In this document: positions 29,691-37,088 of the stretch, in pieces
How positions within the stretch are numbered: position 1 is the first letter of the stretch
Layout: each line of letters begins with the position of its first letter
Assembly: GCA_002269645.1 (NCBI GenBank)
Contig: NIVC01001977.1
Coordinates: 14,041-78,040 of the forward strand
Direction of reading: 5' to 3'
Length of the DNA: 64,000 bases
Source: Macrostomum lignano
Lineage: Eukaryota
The notes under the pieces: generated by a model
The model's database searches: none
What the model was told of the DNA's origin: nothing
The model's input: the letters and a program-made list of their open reading frames with translations, nothing else
Program-made: the position numbers and the translations under genes

Positions 29691-29900
29691 CTTCTAGCTT
29701 TCCGTGTCTTTTTCTAAAGAAACTGACTGCGTGCAAAATACAAGTGCGGAAGCAGAATAACACGCCGTAGCTCGATTTTCGAGCCTGTGCATCGCGCTGC
29801 TTTTAGTTTTAGTGCGTCTAGCTTCATGTCTTTTTCTAAAGAAACTGACTGCTGCAAATCAAGTGTAGTAACAAGCTACTTTTCGACTTGCTGCCCTCTT
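29691..29900. repeat. Progressively degraded satellite copies at the left junction
   Basis: Monomer fragments (ctaaagaaactgactgc, caagtg, ttttcga) persist with increasing small deletions until they fade into AT-rich non-satellite sequence. Confidence 0.8.
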
Positions 29901-30650
29901 GCTGTATTATCCGCGCTCTGCTTCTTTCCTGTTTCTGCTCTAAAAAATTACGCAGTAGATAGATAGGCAACAGTTAGTTAATTAATATTTGAATTGCTAT
30001 TTCCCTGAAGTGTCTAATTTTACCTTCTGCTAGCAACTTTATAAGTTTGTAACCTCTCTTATTTATTGGGTTAAATAGCTCTTTTGACTATTTAACCTTT
30101 TACTTTTACTTATATAAAATTATAAAGTAAAATTAGTTTTTGTATATTTGGACCTTATAAGTCCTTATCAAATCTTACTCAAATATTGTATTGTCTAGAG
30201 CTAGGTCTACTTTTTCTTTTGAGGTATAATCAGCTCTGAGCCTTTTATTTATTTTTTCTAAAATAATTATTATTTAAAGAACTTAACATATAGACAAAAG
30301 CTAAATACAAAAAAATAGTAATTTTAAGTATATTACTAAGTACAGCATCCAATTTTTTTTGCTACTGAACTATAGAAATTAATTATATTATTTATCAAAT
30401 TGTTGCTGAGCAGCTTCCTCTTTCTTTAAATTAATTAGGTAGGCAAATTAGAAATTATTTTTGAGACTGTCTCGCACCTCTATTGCTAGCAAAGAATCCA
30501 ATAACCTACAATTAATTACCAATTTGCTAATAAACTTTTAATTCTACTAAATATTCAAAAAACACTGTGTACCTGTGCTTTGTGCTGTACACGGAAAAAA
30601 ATATTTTTAGTAATTTAGTACTATCTTGTAGTTTTAAATTTAAATTAGCA

Positions 30651-33401
30651 ATGTCGAAGCTACCAACCTACAAAAAAGCAACAAGCATGGCAGAACCGCC
30701 AGCAAAAAAGGCAAATAAAAGACTGTCACAAGATCTGCGCGAGTGCACTGAGACTGAACTAATAATGCCACAGTCCAGACAAGGCCCTGGCCGTACATCT
30801 GTGCCACCTGCGCAACGACGGCGTGCCTCTCATGGCTCAACAGCTAAGACAACACCTCCAATCGAGCCAAATGTCCTGCAGCCAGGTTCAGATAGTTCAT
30901 CTGCGGCTGTATTGGCATCAACTATTTCAAACTCACCAATACTTCCAAATCCGGCTGCTACCATAGCCCTACCTGAGGTCATTCAGATCCCGGCTGATTC
31001 TGACTCTTCGTCATCTAGTGGCTCAGCTACGGTGCTGGAAGGGGCTGGCCTAGCTGGCTCCGAAGACCCCAGTACCGAAGCACACGCTGAAGGCTCAGAA
31101 GCTGGATCTAACAACGAAAGCAATGACAACAGTGAAGAAGAGGTCAACAATGAATACAGGGTAATACCAATCAGTTTCCCAATGATGCCAGATAAGTCTG
31201 GTGTAAACATTCAGCATCATCAGGATGTTGTCCTAGAATATTATCCTAAAATGATTAGTTCAGTAGCACAAGATCTCTACGACCAACTGGTAACTGACCT
31301 GCTGCCTAAGGCCATAAAGCATCGTCCTTATGAGCAGCGCCGGGTCTACTGGTTTGGCCCACGCTACTCCTATTCTGGTGTGCCACTTGAGGCAAATAAC
31401 CAATGGCACCCGGCTGTCGAGGATCTGCGGGACTTTCTCGAGTTTAATACAGATCTTGGCATGCCACAGTTCAATAGCTGTCTCGTGAATTTTTACGAGG
31501 CTGCAGAAGATCGAATTCCATTTCATGCGGACAACGAACCAGAGCTAGGTACTGACCCGTACATCGTGACGGTATCCCTCGGGTCAGTACGCCAGTTCTT
31601 GGTCCGCAGAAAAACTGACCAAAGAATTATCGCTCGCTTTGACACAATGCCTGGCTCTGTCATTGTAATGGCCGGCGCATGTCAGCGAAAATGTGAGCAC
31701 AGTGTACCGGCTGTTGGCACTCAAGATGGTATACGCATTTCGCTTACCTTTAGAGTGACAAATCCACTTAGTGCTAATGTGCCGGTGCACGGAGGCCCAA
31801 CAAGATCGGCAGCAGCTCGCGACGGTCAAGGGCCCGGCAGTAGTGGAACGGGCACCAGTTCTGCTGCGCTGGGCTCCCGGTCGAGTTTTGCAGCTGGGCA
31901 GCCAGGCAGTAGTGGGGCGGCCAGTGCGTCCGGCCCTGCTGCGCCAGGCGGCCCCCAAAGTCAGCGCGGTCGCGGCGGCTATGCAGGAGCGGGGCGGGGT
32001 GGGCCTGGTCGAGGCCAAGGAGGTCACGGCCGGCCTTACGCTGCAGCTGCAACAGCCGATGCCAGCAACAACGCAAGCCGCTCTAATGTTGTGCCGGTCA
32101 TCTTCAATGTAGAAACTGAAGACGGCGACAATCAAATTGAATTTCTGAAATGGTTGGCTCGAGCCACCTTCACAAAAAAAATGTACCAGGCCAAAGGCTA
32201 CCTGGTACATCCGGCCACTCCTAGAGACCACCAGATCTTCTTACGTGGGCCTCTGAGGGAACCAAACTTCAAGGGTGCGCCGGTCACCAGGCGTCTGCCA
32301 AGCCGAAGGCCTGAACAAAGACCTGCAGAGCACCATCAGCCGGTCCAGACCGTACACTCTTTTGTAGTACGCGGAGTTCCGGTAGACATTGAGGCCCGAG
32401 ACTTCCTGCGCCATCTCAAGGAGGACGTCGGCCTTAAGGCGATTTCTGCCAGTAAAATAACGGCCAAGACAAACAACAAGCCCACTCAGCTTATTCGGGT
32501 GTTTGTTGCCAACAAACAGACTGCAGAAGCGTGCATAGCTACCGGAATCATCTCTGACTTCACCAGCTATGTATGCGAACCGAGTAGGACTGCGGCCCCA
32601 GCTCGTGCGGTCCAATGCCAAAACTGCCAGCGTTTTGGCCACGTCTCTAATAAGTGTCAGGAGACTACCAGATGCCGAATCTGCGCTGGCCAGCATCACT
32701 GGCGGGACTGCTCGAGCCAGGACAACGCCCAGTGTGCTAACTGCAGCGAACAGCATCGCGCCAACAGCAGGACCTGCTCGGTTGCAGTTCAAGCCAATAG
32801 TAAAGTTGCCAAGCAAGCTGCTGCACGTGCGGCGGGTGCCCAAGAAGCCAGCGCCGCCCAGGCTGCGGTGAGAGCACCTCCTGTACCAGCAGCAGTCCAT
32901 GCCCCAGCAGCAGCAGCAGCAGTGCCCCCCGCCCCCGCACCGAGATCAGCACCGGCAGAAACGTTGAGGTCGGCCGACGCCGCAGCGCGGGCGTCAGCGG
33001 CGACAGGAGGCGACGACGACTCGTCATGGCTGACCGGCCCCAGCCTCCCTAGCCGAAAGCGCCCTGCGCGCGAATCGACCGACTCGACGACACAAACATC
33101 TGTGCCGAATATGCTACCTAACAATAATACGCCATCGATTGCTAGCGTTGCCGTCAATTCTGAATACCAAGGACTGGTGAGTGGGCTTCTTCCTCTCCTG
33201 GTTCAAGCACTCGCAGAGGTGCTTACGATCCTCTGGCCGAGTACAGCCGAACGGCCGCCTGCTATGGAAGGCACTGGTCAAACAGTGAACGAAGTAGTAG
33301 GTAGGGTTCTGGCCCGTGTACTCCTAGGGGGGTCGGAAAGTCACCAGGGTCTCGGTCAGCTGCCAGGCGCTCCCCAGCGTCAGGCGGGTGGCCAGACCTA
33401 G
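30651..33401 (+). CDS. LINE ORF1 protein (916 aa from ATG 30651): disordered/acidic N-terminus, AlkB dioxygenase, RGG linker, pre-C2HC/RRM-like region, 3 CCHC zinc knuckles
   Basis: The frame is open from 30567 (GTG) and the first ATG is at 30651. The knuckles CQNCQRFGHVSNKC (CX2CX4HX4C), CRICAGQHHWRDC and CANCSEQHRANSRTC at 32616-32777 follow 'FVVRGVP...LIRVFV', the typical Jockey/I/R1-type ORF1 arrangement. Stop TAG at 33399-33401. Confidence 0.92.
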   Translation: MSKLPTYKKATSMAEPPAKKANKRLSQDLRECTETELIMPQSRQGPGRTSVPPAQRRRASHGSTAKTTPPIEPNVLQPGSDSSSAAVLASTISNSPILPNPAATIALPEVIQIPADSDSSSSSGSATVLEGAGLAGSEDPSTEAHAEGSEAGSNNESNDNSEEEVNNEYRVIPISFPMMPDKSGVNIQHHQDVVLEYYPKMISSVAQDLYDQLVTDLLPKAIKHRPYEQRRVYWFGPRYSYSGVPLEANNQWHPAVEDLRDFLEFNTDLGMPQFNSCLVNFYEAAEDRIPFHADNEPELGTDPYIVTVSLGSVRQFLVRRKTDQRIIARFDTMPGSVIVMAGACQRKCEHSVPAVGTQDGIRISLTFRVTNPLSANVPVHGGPTRSAAARDGQGPGSSGTGTSSAALGSRSSFAAGQPGSSGAASASGPAAPGGPQSQRGRGGYAGAGRGGPGRGQGGHGRPYAAAATADASNNASRSNVVPVIFNVETEDGDNQIEFLKWLARATFTKKMYQAKGYLVHPATPRDHQIFLRGPLREPNFKGAPVTRRLPSRRPEQRPAEHHQPVQTVHSFVVRGVPVDIEARDFLRHLKEDVGLKAISASKITAKTNNKPTQLIRVFVANKQTAEACIATGIISDFTSYVCEPSRTAAPARAVQCQNCQRFGHVSNKCQETTRCRICAGQHHWRDCSSQDNAQCANCSEQHRANSRTCSVAVQANSKVAKQAAARAAGAQEASAAQAAVRAPPVPAAVHAPAAAAAVPPAPAPRSAPAETLRSADAAARASAATGGDDDSSWLTGPSLPSRKRPARESTDSTTQTSVPNMLPNNNTPSIASVAVNSEYQGLVSGLLPLLVQALAEVLTILWPSTAERPPAMEGTGQTVNEVVGRVLARVLLGGSESHQGLGQLPGAPQRQAGGQT
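31224..31757 (+). other. AlkB-family 2OG-Fe(II) dioxygenase domain (ALKBH3/ALKBH2-like) inside ORF1
   Basis: Motifs WFG.RYSYSG...NNQWHP, FNSCLVNFY (N-x-Y), FHADNEPELG (Fe ligands H at 31524 and D at 31530), VSLGSVRQF, GSVIVMAG, EHSVP (H at 31698) and RISLTFR (R at 31734, R at 31752) are co-linear with the ALKBH3 pattern WYG..YTYS...NPHWHP...FNSLLCNLY...WHSDDEPSLG...LSFGATRTF...HRVP...RVNLTFR, which I recalled rather than aligned computationally. Confidence 0.95.
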
Positions 33402-33402
33402 A

Positions 33403-36320
33403 ATGAAATAGTTCATGTACTTTCGGTAAAAACGGGCATGACAGCTCTAACCCCACTGCCTTAGGGCTTAGGATCGCCCATCTAAATTGCAGGGGGATAA
33501 TACCGAAACTAAAAGAACTCAGGCTCTGGGTCTCAGACCAGAAATTGGATATTGCATTGTTTTCTGAGACCATCCTGAAAGATACCCAAGCATGCACATT
33601 CCCGGGCTATGCTGCTGTGCGGTTCGACCTCCCCAGTGCAAAGCGCGGACTCCTCCTTGTTCACACCCCACGGGTAAAAGTAGCAGACGTCCAGCTCTCG
33701 CGCGACAACGTCAACCACGAGGTACTTACCTGCACGGTCACTCCTGTTGACGGCGCATGTCCCGTTTTCCAACTTTCCCTGGTCTATCGGTCCCCGTCGC
33801 CGGACAACCTTGACACAGGTCTTTTGACTCGGCTGTCCTCGGCAAAGTACTCGCTTATTATGGGTGACCTGAACGCCAGGCATAGCTTCTTGGGGGCGAA
33901 AGTCGCAACAACAGGGCAGGACAGCAGCTCCATGACTGGCTCTGTGGCGACCCATCAGAACGCCCTACCGTCCTCAACCAACCAGGCCAGTTCACCAGAA
34001 TAGCCCACCGGCAAGGCACTGTGTTGCGGAATGTGCTGGATCTCGGACTAGCCTCCGGTGACCTTGTCTCGTACGTGCAAGACTTTGAAGTGGGCTCTGA
34101 CCTGGACAGTGACCACCTCCCAATTATTCTCACCCTGGCGAGCAACTCCCCAGATTGGCAAGGGCCGGAGAAGGCTCGAAATTTTGCCAAGACCAACTGG
34201 GAGGGGTTCCAGAACTCGCTGATGGAAAAACTGGTAGACGCGTGGCCTCCAGAGCTTAGCACTAGGCAGCAAATCGATGCGGAGGTTGATGTCATCACGA
34301 ACGCGATCCAGAAAACCATCGAAGAAAATGTCCCGATCAGAAAAGGCCGTAGAGCCCTCCCCCAGAGGATCATTGCCATGATCAAGGAGAGGAGGAAGCT
34401 CCGGCGTCTGTATCATAGTACCAGGGACGACAACTTCAGGCTCCTCGCGAATAGGAAGGCGAAGGAAATTAGGAGCGCCATTCATTCGTTTGAGCAGGGC
34501 CAATTTACCCAACTGTGCGAGAAAATAGTTGAAAAAAGTCAATGCCGGAATGTCAAGAACTTCTGGCAGGACACAAAAAAATTAATGGGGCGCAACAAGG
34601 GCACCACTATTCCGTCCTTGAACGATGGCGCCACTCTCGCACATACTGACTCGGACAAGGCTGACATGCTTGCGAGAGCTTTAGACGCTAAAATGCGCCC
34701 GATCCCCTCGACCGACGGAATCTGAAGAAGCGGGTTGAGCAAACTATGAAGCTCCCCCTCTTTAAACCTGTCCCACCGGGCGTAGAACCGTATATGGGCC
34801 ACCCCCTGGAGGCCCCGTTCTCCGTCACAGACACCCTCTGGGAGCTGGACCACCTAAAGGTAGACAGCGCTCCGGGCCTGGACAAAGTGCCTAACTGCGT
34901 CCTAAAGCATGGCCTGGAGCCCATAGCGGTTACTCGCATCACGAAACTTTTCAATGATTGTTATCGTACGGGGATCTTCCCATCGCAGTGGAAAAAAGCG
35001 GTGGTGACAATGATTCCCAAACCAGACAAACCGCCTAAATCCCCGGGTTCCTACCGGCCCATCAGCCTGACCTCCTGCCTCGGAAAGGTCTTCGAGAAGT
35101 TATTGGTGAGGAGGCTGATGAAACATCTTGAGGGCCACGGTATCATCGGTGCGGATCAGTGCGCCTACAGGAAGGTCCATTCGACCTACGACAATCTTGT
35201 CCGCCTCGTCCAGGACGTGCAGGTGGGCAAAGCTAAACTCAAAAGGCTGCTGGCCATCCTCCTCGACGTACAAGCGGCGTTTGACTCGGTGTGGTACGAT
35301 TACCTTAGGTTCCGAATGCATGAAGTCGACACGCCGGACGCCCTCGTCAGGATCTGCTCTGACTATCTAGCAGACAGGCAAATGCAGGTGAAGGTCAACG
35401 GGGCGCTCAGCCAGCCGTACGAGTTGCAGGCGGGCGTCCCCCAAGGTGGCATCTTGAGCCCCTTCCTATACCTGCTTTTTATCAGCACCATTAAGCGAAG
35501 CTCGCCGCGACATGGCCAACAAAGACCAAACCTCGACCGTAACTGCAGAAAGCAATGCAAAGAGTCAGGTCGCCGCCACGAGGCATGGCCATCTGGGCCT
35601 CGGCCTGGACTACTTTTGCTGGCCTCAAGACGCTCCTGCAACCCTACCTCGACCGTGTGTGGAACTGGTGTGGGGGGCAGTCAAGATCAATGCCAGCAAG
35701 AGTCAGGTGATCGCGTTTAACTACAAGCCAACTCGTAGGCGCGATCTTCGCCCTAAGCTAAAACTTGGAGGCACGAGCCTCGAATACCAAGACGAAGTCC
35801 GGTTCCTTGGTATGAACCTGGACTACAGGCTGACCCTCAATTCGCACATAGCTAGTAGTACCCCGGCGCTTGCCCTATCTATCAACCGCATAGCCAAGCT
35901 GACCCGGCTAAGCAGTAATACCCTAAAAATGTTATACAGGGTCTATGTTGAGAGTGCGCTGACCTACGGTGCCCCGGTGCTGAATATCATAGCACCCAGT
36001 AACCTCAACAAGCTCCAGAAAATCAAAATTTAGCTCTCAGGATCTGTTATGGTGCCCCTAGCTACACCCAAGTGGCCTACTTGCATGAGCTGGCGGCCAT
36101 GCCCATGATGGCGGACAGGATCAGAGCCCTGGGCGTAGGCTGGCTCTCCAAGGTGAAGGCTACTGGGCACCACGACTTCCACATGGAGCCGGAGCTCCCG
36201 AGAGCTGCCCGAAACCGCCCCCCAGTGCTGAACCTGCTTTGGGACAGCCTGAAGAGGAGGCATGCCAATAGACTAGCAGCTGCGAATGCGGTGGCCCAAG
36301 CGGCCCAAAACCCGCCCTAG
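33403..36320 (+). pseudogene. LINE ORF2 (APE endonuclease + reverse transcriptase), frameshifted in this sequence
   Basis: APE motifs HLNCRG, FSET, VYRSP, GDLNARH, VLDL and SDHLPI are present. RT motifs PGLDKV, IPKPDK, YRPISLTSCLGKVFEK, LLDVQAAFDSV, GVPQGGILSPFLYLLF, MAIWAS...LQPYLDRVWNWC, KINASKS and RFLG are present. The motifs lie in pieces over three frames, with shifts near 33406, 33895, 34700, 35485, 35580, 35673 and 36025. YADD is not readable before MAIWAS (35585). Final stop TAG at 36318-36320. Confidence 0.93.
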
Positions 36321-37088
36321 GCTGACTAGGTACGTTGCCCCTAACCCTGATGCGCCCTGAGATAGTAGCTACCCCACCTCACTCTGGAGTGAGCCTTCTG
36401 TCAGCGCACAAATAAATTTTCCAAAACATGAAATAGGCGTAGAATAAAATGGCGAGTGCTGGACCAGGCGAGGGGGCCTATGACCCGGTAATTTAACAGT
36501 ATGGGTAGCAGTGCCTAGCTGAAAATGCTGGTAAACCTGTGATCCGCCGTCTTCTTATTTTTTTTTGATTCCGCCTTTTTATCTCTTTATTTTATAATCC
36601 AATATTTTTTCTGCGATTTTACAGCTGGCTTTTGCCTCGTTTTATACAAACATTGCAAATTTTTCTTTTACCCAAATAACCAATACTGCTTTTATTTACT
36701 ATTATCCAAATGTTCCACCATAACCATACCAAATTACAATGAAAAGGAACCGCTGAGGCCTTTTTACATCTTTTACACTCTTTTATTTTCCAATGCTCAA
36801 ATTATTTCCATAAATCCCAAATCCAAAATGCACTGCCCCCCTCACCGTACAGGTCCAAATCTTTGTGAGGACCCCCACTATTTAGATTACTCCCCCTTTT
36901 TATTCAGTGCAGTCATAAAAAGAAATATTTTTTTTTTAAATCCAAATGTAAATATTACGCGATTTTCGAAAACGTTTATTTATATATTTTATTTCGTGCA
37001 CCAACTATTTGTCAATTAAACTGCGTGCAAAATACACAGGGCAGACACGCCGAGGGACAATACCCTGTCCCATTCGTTTAACACACAC

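Larger units (their letters stand above)
29900..37020 (+). mobile_element. Non-LTR retrotransposon (LINE, Jockey/I-group-like) with AlkB-containing ORF1; ends approximate
   Basis: Two-ORF layout: gag-like ORF1 with 3 CCHC knuckles, then APE + RT ORF2. No RNase H or C-terminal zinc finger is seen. It has AT-rich leader and trailer sequence and is flanked by the same satellite on both sides. The exact termini, TSD and poly(A) tail are not resolvable. Confidence 0.93.

Noticed and set aside
30640-36268. Many antisense or alternate-frame ORFs over the LINE (66-219 aa)
   Set aside because: These are shadow ORFs of GC-rich coding sequence with no recognisable motifs. The plus-strand ORFs at 33545, 34021, 34746, 35512 and 36072 are fragments of ORF2, not separate genes.
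36030-36320. RNase H or C-terminal CCHC domain in ORF2
   Set aside because: No DEDD-type RNase H motifs or Cys/His knuckle appear in the C-terminal fragment.
36338-36350. Telomeric CCCTAA-like sequence suggesting a telomere-specific LINE
   Set aside because: It is a single hexamer with no array, and the element sits in satellite rather than telomeric repeat.
36828-37019. 63-aa ORF at the LINE 3' end
   Set aside because: Short and AT-rich, with no homology cues.
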